Shown here one piece after another: positions 1 to 12,820 of a stretch of DNA of 64,000 nt. Numbering within the stretch: position 1 is the first letter of the stretch; each line of letters starts with the position of its first letter. The notes under the pieces are model-generated. The model had not been told where the DNA came from, did not search any database, and saw only the letters and a list, made by a program, of their open reading frames with translations. This stretch comes from Octopus vulgaris. Its lineage: Eukaryota. The stretch covers positions 23,002,001 through 23,066,000 of the forward strand of contig OX597825.1 of the NCBI GenBank assembly GCA_951406725.2. The letters run 5' to 3'. The position numbers and the translations under genes were made by a program.

Positions 1-21
1 TGTTCTCTTTTATATATATAT

Positions 22-394
22 AGGCGCAGGAGTGGCTGTGTGGTAAGTAGCTTGCTTATCAACCACATGGTTCCGGGTTCAGTCTTCTACTAAAGCCTCG
101 GGCCGACCAAAGCCTTGTGAGTAGATTTGGTAGACGGAAATTGAAAGATGCCTGTATATATATGTGTGTGTGTGTATGTGTTTGTGTGTCTGTATTTGTC
201 CCTCAACATCGATTGACAACAGATGCTGGTGTGTTTAAGTCCCCGTAACATAGCGGTTCGGCAAAAGAGTCCGATAGAATAAATACTAAGCGTACAAAGA
301 ATAAGGCCTGGGGTCGATCTGCTCGACTAATGGCGGTGCTCCAGCATGACCGCAGTCAAATGACTGAAACAAGTAAAAGAGAGAAAGAGAAAGA
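22..394 (+). mobile_element. SINE family A (tRNA-like head, internal TA/TG microsatellite, CR1-like 3' tail)
   Basis: Head GGCGCAGGAGTGGCTGTGTGGTAAG...GGTTCAGTC and tail GGCGGTGCTCCAGCATGACCGCAGTCAAATGACTGAAAC recur at 20138, 27036, 58165 and 61082. Confidence 0.9.
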
Positions 395-485
395 TAATAT
401 ATATATATATATCAAGAAAAGTTTCATAGTGACTTCCAAGTTATGACTTGTATTATGTTAATAATATTTATATATATATAAATGT

Positions 486-690
486 GACATCGTGTGTACC
501 GTTGCGATTTTTTTCCACTGTCTTCCTTTCTCGGGATCTTTCCTTCTCCTATGTTTCCGACGAAGAGCTCCGCTCGAAACGTTAAACCCTCCTTCTTCCC
601 TTCTTTCCTGAGCGTCCAATAATACTATATTTGTTCCACGTCCTCGCGTTGTTGTGGGGTTTTTTTGTGTTTTCTTGTTTGGATTAACTA
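486..690 (+). mobile_element. Short Penelope-like terminal-repeat fragment between (TA)n tracts
   Basis: Related to 24410-24652 and 44140-44340, and contains a hammerhead-like motif. Confidence 0.55.
553..587 (+). ncRNA. Minimal type I hammerhead-like motif (U4C variant)
   Basis: GUUU-CCGACGA-A-GAGC(UCC)GCUC-GAAAC-GUU-AAAC. Helix I GUUU/AAAC, helix II GAGC/GCUC, palindromic ACGU as helix III. Confidence 0.6.
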
Positions 691-698
691 TATATATA

Positions 699-1900
699 TA
701 CCCCTCTGCGAAAAGATCTCAGAATTTTAATTGATTTGCTTTTCGCAGGAAGTTTCTTCGAAGTATACATCTCGCTTTTATCCTTCGAAACGTAGAGTAG
801 ATGAAACCTTAGCGACTGAAGAAGGGGATTTTTCGTTGTGCTTATTGTCCTGTATCTCTTTTTTTCTTTTTTGCTTGTCCTGTTCCTTGGTTTGTGTCTA
901 TGTTTTTCGTCTCTCTATGTGTTCGACGTCTTTTTGGTGTACTGTACACATATATGCGTGTATATGTACATGTAGAGGTAGGTACGTACATATATGTTTA
1001 TATATATGCATATGTTCTATTTTATTAACATATTATACGACTAAACGCACGCACCCTATTAAGTAAGATTGTTCTGTTTATCAAGTTAGCCTTGATATTA
1101 ACTCTCACGCGACTCTGCATCTTTCTTTCTTTCTCTCCCATTCCCTTTTTCGTCCTTTTTCCCTCACTTAACTTGTCTCTTCCTCTCTCTCTCATTCTTC
1201 ATTCTCTCTCTCCCCCTCACCATTCTTCATGGTCTCCTCGCACCATTCCCCTTCTTCTCTCTCTTCCTCTTGCTCCTCCTCCCCCATTCCCGTCGTCCAT
1301 CTGCGACGATACTTCCGTCGTAACTGCTATCCTGTCTTTTCTCGCCCGCCTTCTAAGGCCACTGGTCGACATTCTTTCTCTCTCGTCGTCCACTATAATC
1401 CAGCGTTTGCATTACTTTTTTCGTCTGGCGTAAACAGCCCTTCTTATCTTGTTCTCCTTGTCCTGTCTCTCACTGTTATATATTTATTTTTCATCTGTTT
1501 ATATATAATTTTTTTTACTGTTTATATGTTTGTACTGTCGTTACCATCTTGCTTTTTTTACTATTTTTTACCCCTCTGCGAAAAGATCTCAGAATTTTAA
1601 TTGATTTGCTTTTCGCAGGAAGGAAGTTTCTTCGAAGTTTACGTCTCGCTTTTATCCTTCGAAACGTAGAGTAGATGAAACCTTAGCGACTGAAGAAGGG
1701 GATTTTTCGTTGTGCTTATTGTCCTGTATCTCTTTTTTTCTTTTTTGCTTGTCCTGTTCCTTGGTTTGTGTCTATGTTTTTCGTCTCTCTATGTGTTCGA
1801 CGTCTTTTTGGTGTCCTGTACACATATATGCGTGTATATGTACATGTAGAGGTAGGTACGTACATATATGTTTATATATGTGCATATGTTCTATTTTATT

Positions 1901-1905
<5 letters not shown>
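699..1905 (+). mobile_element. Element with ~333-bp direct terminal repeats (699-1031 / 1569-1905), probable Penelope-like pseudo-LTR structure
   Basis: Two near-identical repeats (a few substitutions, one 4-bp indel) with (TA)n on both sides. The spacer has a degraded ...STIIQRLH/SSGVNSP segment resembling a PLE C-terminus. Related sequence at 43430-43700 and 6770-6910. Confidence 0.6.
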
Positions 1906-1957
<52 letters not shown>

Positions 1958-1982
1958 GTATATATGTATGTATGTATATATG

Positions 1983-2065
<83 letters not shown>

Positions 2066-2087
2066 CTTTTTATCATTTAAATTATAC

Positions 2088-2437
2088 GGGGGAATCATGC
2101 TTTTCGAATTATTTATTTCACGCCCCCTGTTATTCAAACCCTTTTATCAGTGATGTAATATGTGGCAATATGTAAAACTTACGGTATAGGCTTCTTGAAA
2201 ATTACGCAACTACACGAATAAAAATGTAAAGAAACATAGCCTGGCTTTAAACTGTTGTGTAAAATCGCAAAACGTTTCAGTAAAATGTTATGCTGCTCTC
2301 AGGTAGAAACCGCAGATGGGATTAATGTAGGGAAACATATATTCAATATTGCAGAATTGATTTCATAATCTTTTATACTCCCATCATTTTCTCAAGAGAT
2401 ATATTTGCAAAGTAAAATAATAAGGGGCTTTTAAGGG
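2088..2437 (+). pseudogene. Decayed exon of tandem unknown protein family (copy 1)
   Basis: [15 protein letters not shown] and NIAELIS resemble EPCLNS..YSDFTCW and CAAELLG at 47600-48290. Contains stops and frameshifts. Confidence 0.35.
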
Positions 2438-2700
2438 TATCTATATGTGTATGTATTTAAAGAATTCTGTTGAGAGATAAATATCATATAGCATTTTGCT
2501 ATGCATGTAATAAACAGATTTAGTTTCAGTACTAAAAGGAGATATTAAGGAGGTTGTTTTACTATAAGAAGCAATTTTTGCTGTCGAAACATAAGACATT
2601 GTTTTGTTAATATGTTTGCATTCACAGAAACACAGAAAAATGTATGTATATTTGTCGTTTCAAATCGGAAAATAAATATTATGATATATTATCATACAGT

Positions 2701-2761
<61 letters not shown>

Positions 2762-2817
2762 TTATATAGTACTTGTATGGATAGTGCTGTGTTTGTATGT
2801 TGATGCATATATGCATA

Positions 2818-2854
<37 letters not shown>

Positions 2855-2888
2855 CGCTGAATCCTTGGCATCATGTTTTTATTTTGAT

Positions 2889-2941
<53 letters not shown>

Positions 2942-2993
2942 TACATGCATCAACATACAAACTCAGCCTAATAGTGCTTTTATCTCTAATTTA

Positions 2994-3047
<54 letters not shown>

Positions 3048-3238
3048 TATATATATACATCTATATATATATATATATACATCTATATGCATATATATAT
3101 ATGTATATATATATTTATACATCTGTATATACATATATATATACATATATATATGGACGCGCACTTATTTCTTATCTATAATATATATCTGAATATATGT
3201 TGATATAAATACATACATATATATATATATATATGTAA

Positions 3239-3304
<66 letters not shown>

Positions 3305-4103
3305 GTATGCGTATATATTTTTTAAATAAATATATGTATTTGTATGCATGAATGCGCGTCATAAAACTGTGTGCATTCGTCTGCACATATATTCGTATGT
3401 ATGTATGTACATAAGCATTAGTCAATGTGTGTTTGCGCATAATATTTAATGAAAAGTAATTTCATTATTCACCGTATTCCTCCAAATGACAATCATTCCG
3501 TACGACTTTGTTTTAAGTATTTGTTCAACATCTATTGACAATTCAATTACATTTGAAGACACGGTATTTGTTATCAAAAGGAAAAATGAAATATCTGAAA
3601 CAAAAATACAATAGTCACAAATATAACAATAACCAGATAATGAATTAAAACCCATATTTAAATATTTTTCCAGCTAAGTGCTGTTTTGCATTGTGCTTCC
3701 TTTCTCGCCATATTTTATTGAATACTTCTTATTTTTGCTCCAGCTATTTTATTCATTAGTTTAAAGAACTATCTTTTGTATATTTGATCCCAGTACTTTT
3801 CATTCACGTATTTTTCATTCTTTCGTAATTTTACAGTTAGTGTTACATTGTCTATTCCAATGTGCTCTTTCTTTTCTGTTTGTCTTGTTTTCTTTCTTCT
3901 GTTCTTCCTGTGTTTGAGTCAGTCATTAGGAAGAAAAGTTTTAAAGCGTTTATTAAGTTATGTATTGAATTACGACGTAGAATTTTGGCATTTGATAGAC
4001 GGCTCTAGTAATGTCTTGTATTGTTCTTCTTGTAGTTGCATCGCAGTAGGAGGTTTTTTTTCTTCTCTTTTTCTTAGTTAAATACTAATGAATTATAAGA
4101 GTA

Positions 4104-4475
4104 CTAGCAGTATCACCCGGCGTTGCTCGGGTTTGTAAGGGAAATAACTATAAAGCATTTTTAGAGAGTTATAGCCAAAAAATGGAAAAAAAATTAGGTA
4201 AATTTTTTTTTGAGAGTTAAAAGGTCGAGTTGCGTCCCCTAGACAGTCTGTGGTTTGTGTTTCTGATTCTCGACCCCATGTCGAATTTATCGATTCTTTT
4301 CAGAATTGGGGGAACTTTTCAAAATTTTCGCTGCGTTAGTTTTGAATTATGACATTGGGCTATGTGTGTATAAAGTTTCATCAGAATCGGTTGAAAGCCG
4401 TGGTCAGGGTGAGGGTACAACCTAACAGACACACAGACACACACACAGACAAACTGCCGTTTATATAGAGAGAGA
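4104..4475 (-). mobile_element. Non-autonomous Helitron-like element
   Basis: On the minus strand: 5' TC with TATATAAA and CTGT/GT repeats, 3' hairpin CCCGAGCAACGCCGGG, then CTAG. Inserted between A and T. Confidence 0.8.
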
Positions 4476-4706
4476 TTTCATTTACATTTCGGTGAGCTTG
4501 GAATGCAGTGTAAAACGAAGATATTTTCTTCCTTATACAGCGACAACAAATAATTAATTACTAGGTTTCCCGTAAGCAGGCATCATTTGACATTAAACTA
4601 ATATTTAACTAATGTCTCGCCAGGTATATAAATAGTAACCTAATAAACTGGAAAAACTATTCAAATAGAACGATAGACCAAACTGCTGTTGAGGAAATCT
4701 AGAATC

Positions 4707-4917
4707 AATAACACGGAGGAGACAAACAAGGACAGACAAACGGATTAAGTCAATTACATCGACCTCAGTGCAAAACTGGTACTTAATTTATTGACCCCGA
4801 AAGGATGAAAGGGAAAGTCGACCTCGGTGGAATTTTAACTCAGAACGTAACGGCAGACGAAATACGGCTACACATTTCGCCCGGATTGTGCTAATGTTTC
4901 TGCCAGCTCGCCGCCTT
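4707..4917 (-). mobile_element. SINE family B copy (B1 tail, partial)
   Basis: Reverse complement of the GGCGGCGAGCTGGCAGAAAC... head and GTCGATGTAATTGAC core. Confidence 0.85.
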
Positions 4918-5225
4918 TCTGACTTCAGCTCCTTTGCTATACTGAACGCATTCGGTTCCCATTGACAAACCTTCGCCACTTTTACTCCCCTCTTATTATT
5001 TCTACAGCGCAAATTTTTCAACGTTTATATCCTTCGGCAGATACTGCACAAACAATTGACAAGGTCGACTTCTTTGTCACTTCTTCATTTAGCCTGTACT
5101 GGTTCTCATGGTAATAGTCTACGTACATTTTCATCTTATCTTCGCCAAGAGTATCTCACTTCAATATTCTTGAAACCATTATCATGATTATTATCAATCT
5201 TTTGCATTTACAGCATAGATATTAG

Positions 5226-5398
5226 TTTCAAATTGTGACACAAGGCCAGCTACTTCGGTGTGGAGGCTATTTAATTACTTCGGCCACAGTTCTCAGCTGG
5301 TACTTACTTTATCGACCCCGAAAGAATGAACGGTAAAGTCGATCCTAGTGGCATTTGAACTCAGAACGTAAAGTCGGTTCTGTCAACTGGCCGCCTTG
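5226..5398 (-). mobile_element. SINE family B, older B2-tail copy
   Basis: Degenerate core plus the GGCCTTGTGTCACAATTTGAAAC tail. Confidence 0.7.
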
Positions 5399-5499
5399 TT
5401 CAACAGTATAAATATATTAAATACTGGATTTTGTGATTGATTTTTCCTTCATTATTTTAACTTTCCATTCTGAAGAAAATGCATTTGACAGAGAACAAC

Positions 5500-5725
5500 T
5501 TTCTGAGAATATGTGCAATTCCAATTAGGATTTTTGAAGTAGTCGCTATCCAATCGTTCCATGTGATGTGATAGTTTTAGCACAGGGATGGGACCTAATA
5601 AATCGATACCAATTGGTACAACTTTTACCTTTGCTTGTAGTGGGTATCCCAATATTCTTGATATCTCTACTTTTAAATCTTCGTATTCCGAAATCATTTC
5701 TAATTCCATGAATGCAAGTATTTCT
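5500..5725 (-). mobile_element. 3' fragment of REL-endonuclease non-LTR retrotransposon (R2/R4/Dong-like)
   Basis: ELEMISEYEDLKVEISRILG...VKVVPIGIDLLGPIP matches the K..KY.DL..E...lw....vvPiviGalG C-terminal motif. Confidence 0.65.
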
Positions 5726-6573
5726 GTCTGAATGAAATGCAATATCTATTTTGAGGCATTCGCTCTTGTTTTTTTCTTTTGTTTAAGTGTAAATGGTCAA
5801 CAGTGTTCCCATATTCTTTCAGGCTGGATTTCAAAATCCAACGGAACTTCTAGTTTATCAGGTTCATTTAGAGCCATTTTCTTTGTTTTGGATTTCGATA
5901 TTGTTACTTTGCTGGAGTGTTGTATCCATATATTTTACAACGTGTCATATGTCAACGGAGACAGACGAAACGAAGAAATGAATAAAGATAATCTTTTGTT
6001 ATTTAGTTTGACGTTACTTACAATATCTTAATTAGGAGATAAAAAGCAACGGACATGACTCCATGAGTGATAAAGAGAAAAGTAGAAATAAAGGAAGAAG
6101 TTATAAGGACTCAGATGGAAGTCCCTACACGAGCGGATCTGACAGCTGAGACTCTGCTACCAAAACCACATAGAGTATTAACGGTGAGAAATCAGAAGAC
6201 TCATTACTTCTAAAACCCAAGTCTCGCCTATTCCATTCTTTTCTTTTTATGTAATAACCCAGCAAGAAATCATTTTGCTCTGCCTCAGAACGAAGATCCT
6301 ACACGAATAATTGTAAGACCCCGATACAAGCATCCAACGGAGGAATGATATTATATTGATATTACATTAGTATTAATCGGTATTACTTTAGTATTACGAT
6401 GTTTACGCATATGACATCCTGTTTTTATTATTATAACCCAGCCTGGGATCGCAAATTTCCTTTTATACTTGACCCTCGTATGAAGTGCATAACATTTTAG
6501 CAGAAGAATAGATTTAATTGGTTGCCTCTCTTCAAAAAAGCAAGACAATATATACATATACATTTATAATGTA

Positions 6574-6622
<49 letters not shown>

Positions 6623-6634
6623 CATGTATACCTA

Positions 6635-6719
<85 letters not shown>

Positions 6720-6769
6720 ATATATATATACATACACATATATATATATATATACATATATGCATATAT

Positions 6770-6910
6770 GGGTACAGGACGTCACAAACCTTAAACAACA
6801 TGAAATACGAAAACAAATGAGTTTATATGCAAACGACGAGAGAGGCAATTGAAAAACAGGACAACATAAAGAATGACCCTCCATCAGTTGTCGAGCATTG
6901 AACGACAACA
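6770..6910 (-). mobile_element. Short fragment of the 699-1905 repeat family inside (TA)n
   Basis: Minus strand GACAACTGATGGAGGG...TTCTTTATGTTGTCCTG...GACGTCCTGTAC aligns to 43540-43695. Confidence 0.55.
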
Positions 6911-7702
6911 TATATAAATATATATATATATGTACGTGTATACATACATATATATATATATGTGTGTGTGTCTGTGTATATATATATATGTATACATATA
7001 CACATACATATATTATTTCACATATATATGTGCGTCTCTGTGTGTGTGTATATATATATATATATGTAGGTATGTATATAAACGTTATGGTAAATTTAGA
7101 ATCTAAAGCATCATTAAATGAAACAAAGGTTAGTAATGAGTATTTTCAATGCACAACAAACGATTATGTACACAACTTCAACCTCATTCACTGACTGGAT
7201 GTTGTTTACCGAGAGAAGTACCCAGGATGTAAATACGTTGAACTAGACATTTCGTCTGGCAAATAACATAAAAAAAAACAGAAAAGATACTTACCAAAGC
7301 ATTAGATATAGAACGATAAAATATAATGTAATCCCACAAAAAGGAAACTAATTGGTCTAAATGTTTGGATAGGTTTGCATGGAAAACTTTTTCGATGGAA
7401 TACACACACACACACATGCACAGAAACATCTACCCACTCACATTCATACATACGCACGCTCACACGCACATTAGTGTATTTTTTATAAGAGTGTGCGGCT
7501 TATATACAAAGAGAGAGAGAGGGACAAAGAGGGACGGATCTCTAGTCAGAGGGAACTAGATATATGAGTGTCTCTATATATATGTAGGTGCTTTAGTGCG
7601 TATGTGTATGTGTGAGCATATAGTATAAGTATACGTTTCAGCAAATACGTACATATTCATATGGTTATCGTTTTTTACATACATATACACACACATATAT
7701 CA

Positions 7703-7774
<72 letters not shown>

Positions 7775-7782
7775 GTGTGTGT

Positions 7783-7863
<81 letters not shown>

Positions 7864-7882
7864 CAGACAGGCAGATAGATTG
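7783..7882. repeat. (GATA)n microsatellite
   Basis: Directly visible. Confidence 0.95.
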
Positions 7883-8099
7883 ATACAGAGAAAGAGAGTA
7901 ATTCTTCCAATTGTAGTACACGTTGTACACCATCACAGCGTCACGGTTTGAGAACTCTCTCAGACATAAAATACAGGCTAGGAATAAGTTGTCATGTCAA
8001 TGAACTATCAACGAAAACTCATAAACACACGCAACATAACAATCCAACTGCTTGTAACACTGTAAATTGTTCCAATCCTGAACAAAACACTGGGTCAGA

Positions 8100-8721
8100 T
8101 ATAGGGAACAGGATGTCTTCCGATACAACTCGATTTTCGGTTCACATGTTTCAACCAAGATCGCTGGGAAACTTTTTGCTGCTTTAGACAAATGCTTTCG
8201 TAAATCTAATTGGTATATTGCTATTTTTCTTGGAGACAACGTGAAGTTATCCTACACTAACTCTACTAATTTGGAGCAGCTTATGCATCGCATAAACAAT
8301 AGCAGAATGCGACAGAGTTTCAATAACCCACCCACTCTGATCTAGCGAACATACGCATCTAAATACTCACAAAGAAGATGTAAACCGCAATGAAAATCTC
8401 CGATTACGGTCAAGTTGTAATAGAAGAAATACTTATGATACAGCTAACACGGTAACAACGTCAGTAAATGGAGTTCTGACTGCCTTATATACAAATAAAT
8501 ACGATAAATGCTTATGCAGAAAAAAATCAAAATGCCCATTGGTGAATCTCTATATGAGTACAAATATTGTATATAATTGCACTGTGCACACAAGGGGAGG
8601 GCCGTATATTTACATTGGGCAGATGGTTGATTCATTTAACAATCGTTACCGTAACCATGTCAAATGCTATAAGACGATCAATAAGAGACATTCAGCATCT
8701 TTGGCCGATTTTGTATGGTGA
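8100..8721 (+). mobile_element. Penelope-like element fragment (linker plus GIY-YIG endonuclease)
   Basis: VSTKIAGKLFAALDKCF...NVKLSYT and CLCRKKSKCPL...IVYNCTV...IYIGQ...FNNRYRNH...SLADFVW match the PLE consensus CNCR..CPL...IVY.A.V...YIG....F..RY.NH. Confidence 0.85.
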
Positions 8722-9028
8722 CTGAAGGCGTGCTAACGTTTCTGCCAGCTCGCCGCCTTATTGGTTACGAAGATCGATACTCAAAATTTGATGCTTCAAC
8801 AGAATTTCTATGTAATGACTGCGATATGGCAAACGTTTTTATTCAACAGCAAGTTAAGGTATTACGAGAGCCTAGTATGAGTTATAACTGCAAATAGGTA
8901 TGGCTTGGCATGTACAGTTCAGTATGCTGATAATTACACCTATATGAAAAGTGCAGTAGTGATGACAATTTGACAATATTTAGTATTTTAAATTTTGTGA
9001 ATTCTGATCCGTTTAAAAATACACACAT

Positions 9029-9415
9029 GGATGAAAGCACTCCGTCGGTTACGACGACGAGGGTTCCGGTTGATCCGATCAACGGAACAGCCTGCTCGTG
9101 AAATTAACGTGTAAGTGGCTAAGCACTCCACAGACACGTGCACCCTTAACATAGTTCTCAGGGATATTCAGCGTGACACAGAGAGTGACAAGGCCGGCCC
9201 TTTGAAATACAGGTACAACAGAAACAGGAAGTAAGAGTGAGAGAAAGTTGTGGTGAAAGAGTACAGCAGGGATCACCACCATGCCCTGCCGGAGCTTCGT
9301 GGAGCTTTAGGTGTTTTCGCTCAATAAACACTCACAACGCCCGGTCTGGGAATCGAAACTGCGATCCTAAGACCGCGAGTCCGCTGCCCTAACCACTGGG
9401 CCATTGCGCCTCCAC
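9029..9415 (-). mobile_element. SINE family C1, full length with TSD
   Basis: tRNA-like head GGAGGCGCAATGGCCCAGTGGTTAGGG...GTTTCGATTCCC. Near-identical copy at 61615-62003. TSD ATACACACAT at 9019-9028 / 9416-9425. Confidence 0.9.
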
Positions 9416-9681
9416 ATACACACATACCCGCGCGTGCACGCACATACACACACACACAACACAAGATAGGTTACTCTTATCTCCTTTCCCACCCACGCCT
9501 CAAATCGACATTTCAACATGCGGTAACCATCTAATTGAGACACGCGTGTTCTTTTCTCTGTATTTTTTATCTCTCATCTATCTTTTTCGTAGAAGGTAAG
9601 CACGAAAAGTTCTCCAATTTTCCTGAGTATGTATGTATGTTTGTTTGTATATATACCTTTCTGTATGTATGTCTGTATGTG

Positions 9682-9718
<37 letters not shown>

Positions 9719-9737
9719 GCATATTCCTCTGTGTGTG

Positions 9738-9768
<31 letters not shown>

Positions 9769-10343
9769 GTGTGTGTGTGTATTTATATGTATATACATAT
9801 ATGTATGTATATAAATATGTACACATACACTTACACATATAGTGTATGTATGCTTGCATATACAAAGTGCATTTTGTCATTTTCTTCGAAATTTCCAATA
9901 ATTATAAATACAACTTATTTCCTGATGTACGATGAGATCAAACATTTTTTGATAAAGGTAAAAAAAAAAGTTCATTGAAGTTGTATTGGAAAATCTACGA
10001 CCAATCGTTTTATAGACTGTGGTGATGACTCAAAGATCAAAGCTAATGCGATTCAACTGATACTGGAAGCCAAAGAAAACGAAACTATAGTCTATAATAA
10101 CTTTAACATGTGCGATGAAGCATATTTGTTTTAACACGCACATATATCAGCGATGCAGTTTTAATACTTTATTCTTTTTTGTGTGTGGACCTAGGATTCT
10201 TTTTTAATTTCTTGCTTACTAAGCAAGTGGCACGTGATCCTAATAACTTCAGAGACTCCGTGAACGTTCTTTCTTTACCTATACGTCAACTAGAGCTGAA
10301 CCGAACCGTGATAAAAATATGTAACGATCTTTTTTTTTTTTCT

Positions 10344-10702
10344 ATAAGTGCAGGGGTAACTGTATAGTAAAAGGCTTCCTTCCCAAACACATGGTTCCAG
10401 GTTCAGTCACACTGTATAGTACCTTAGGCAGTTGTCATTTACATTGCCACGGGTCGACCAAATCCTTGTGTATGGGTTTGGTAGGCGGACACTGAAGGAA
10501 ACCGATCGTGTGTGTGTGTATATCTATATATATATACGAGAAAAAAGCAACAAGAATCCATTCTTGTTGCTTTTTTCTCGTTTATAATCACCCCACATTA
10601 TTGTATGGTTAATACCATATAGTTTTCTGGTGCATCTAAGTTAAGTACCGCATTCAAGTGAATTCATTAGAACTGACTTGAATCTTAATTGCTTTTACTG
10701 TC

Positions 10703-10770
<68 letters not shown>

Positions 10771-11012
10771 TCTTTGCGTGTGTGTGTGTGTGTCTTTGTA
10801 TCTGTGATATCCCACCATCACCGCCTGACATCCTGTACTGGAGTGATTAAGTCTCTGTAAACAGCCGTTCCAGGAAAGAAACCGATAAAAAAACAGTGTC
10901 AGGGCTTAAAAAAAATATCTAGTAGGAGGATCGATTTGTTCGATTAAAATTATTCATGGTGGTATCCCATCAAGGCTACAATCTAATGACCGAAGCGTGT
11001 AAAAGATAAAAA
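10344..11012 (+). mobile_element. Old SINE family A copy with an insertion in its microsatellite
   Basis: Degenerate head at 10344-10510 and tail at 10775-11012. Confidence 0.7.
10536..10581. repeat. Perfect 22-bp inverted repeat with 2-nt spacer
   Basis: ACGAGAAAAAAGCAACAAGAAT-CC-ATTCTTGTTGCTTTTTTCTCGT. Confidence 0.95.
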
Positions 11013-12058
11013 TGTATTCTTAACTCGTTCGCTTTATCTCATGTTTCTTTCTCTCCCTTAATACTCTATCGTGTGATTTGAAGGAAATTTGCTTCTGAGG
11101 TTTCCTTCGACGGACCTCTGCTCAGTTACTGAATAGCTTACTCTCCCCCCCTCTCTCTCTCTCTCTATCTATCTCTCTCTCTCTATCGCAGTGTGTGTAT
11201 GTGTGTGTGTGTGTGTGCGCGCGTGTGCATGTGTTTTTGTTGTACAAGTTTCTCTGATCAATCGTGAAAAAGATTCGCTTGATCCAGTCATATTTGATCA
11301 AACAGACCAATCAGCAAAATTATTGAAACCATGGCCATTCTTTTTATTGTTTTAGATGCCCTTCCCCATCAACTGGGTTTGTTTTGACAACAGGAGTAAT
11401 CTCGACTCTCAACAGCAGTCTTCCAATAATTCTTTCATATTCTTTCCTTGTTACCTTGTGACCTTTCCTGCTAACCTTATCGTCTTTTAGCTCTCTTCAA
11501 ATTCCACGACGGGAATACGTTCAGCTGTATTCTCCTCTTCTGATTCCAATTAAAGTGTGAACTTTCTTAACACTCTTCTGCTTTTCTTAAAGTGTATCCT
11601 ACGCATGTGCTCGGTTATTTGTTGTGCAATGGATTCCTACTTGCTTTAGCCCAGAGATCTTTATAACTGGCAATATATGGATGTTTTGCTGGTTTCTGAG
11701 GCAGATGTTCATGAATGTGTAGAGTGTTTCTGGAGATATTTGTATGCATTCACCGTGATTTAACGATAAAGCAGGACATATTTGATGTTTATTTAAAAAG
11801 TTATACCCTTAATACATCTGAATAGATGGCGTTGAACAGATCAAGATAGACATGGAAACGATTTCTGATTTAGGTAAAAGCAAAACAATTTTGAGGAAAA
11901 CGAAATAGTCGATGCCACGAGCCCCATCTCTAGATTGGTAATTCATTTTATCGAAACCGAAATGATGACAAAAAGGGGTGGATTTGAACGCCAGAAGAAA
12001 TACTGACGCACTGACAATTCTGCACATACACCGCCTAAAAAACGCCTTTAAAATGAGT

Positions 12059-12249
12059 TTGACATTGCACATACACCGCCTTCAAAATGACGGTTTGACA
12101 TTGCACATACATCGCCTTCAAAATGACGGTTTGACATTGCACATACACCACCTTCAAAATGACAGTTTGACATTGCACATACACCGCCTTCAAAATGACA
12201 GTTTGACATTGCACATACACCGCCTTCAAAATGATGGTTTGACATTGCC
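12059..12249. repeat. 36-bp minisatellite, 5 full copies plus partials
   Basis: Unit TTGACATTGCACATACACCGCCTTCAAAATGAYRGT at 12059, 12095, 12131, 12167 and 12203. Confidence 0.95.
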
Positions 12250-12654
12250 TTTGCAAATGTCACCTTGATAACTTTCTCCGCGTATCTAAAAATATAAATT
12301 CAATATATACTTCTTTTTTAAGACACTATGTTATCCTTGGCGATAGATTTAGCTGTTAGATCAAGCAATTCGTGTGATTCGCTTGAAGCTCTGCTGAGAA
12401 ATCCTTGATTTTGCTGCAATTATTTTTAACCATTGATGTATCGTTATCGTGTCGTGACTATCTTGTTGTTTGTTAAGATTACAAGATTTTCAGAAAAGCC
12501 AAGACGTCGTACTAAATGTTTTCCTCTCCTTATATTTTCTAAGTTCAAATTGTAGTCGATAAAACAATCATCGTGATTAAAGTATAAACTAATGAGCATG
12601 AGTATTTGACGAATGCTGTTATACAGTTCTACATTTAAGAGATAAGCAATCATG

Positions 12655-12820
12655 TACATTATTTACATTATTTACATTCGACAGATATTTGTCCGCATCT
12701 TGTTTGTTGTTAACATAACGTTTTGGCTGATATACCCTCCAGCCTTCTACAGGTGTCTTGGGGAAATTTCGAACCTGGGTTCTCATTCCTAAGGTATTGT
12801 TCGATGTTTATTGTCCTCAT
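12655..12820 (-). mobile_element. Penelope-like terminal fragment with decayed hammerhead
   Basis: Minus strand GACAC-CUGUAGA-A-GGCUG(N10)CAGCC-AAAAC-GUU-AUGUU at about 12712-12757. Confidence 0.5.

Noticed and set aside
2262-2310. Minus-strand CUGAGAG...GAAACGUU hammerhead-like motif
   Set aside because: The core is one base short, helix I does not pair, and it overlaps a candidate pseudo-exon.
12059-12249. 36-bp repeats as a CRISPR array
   Set aside because: Units are directly adjacent with no spacers, the context is eukaryotic, and there are no cas genes.
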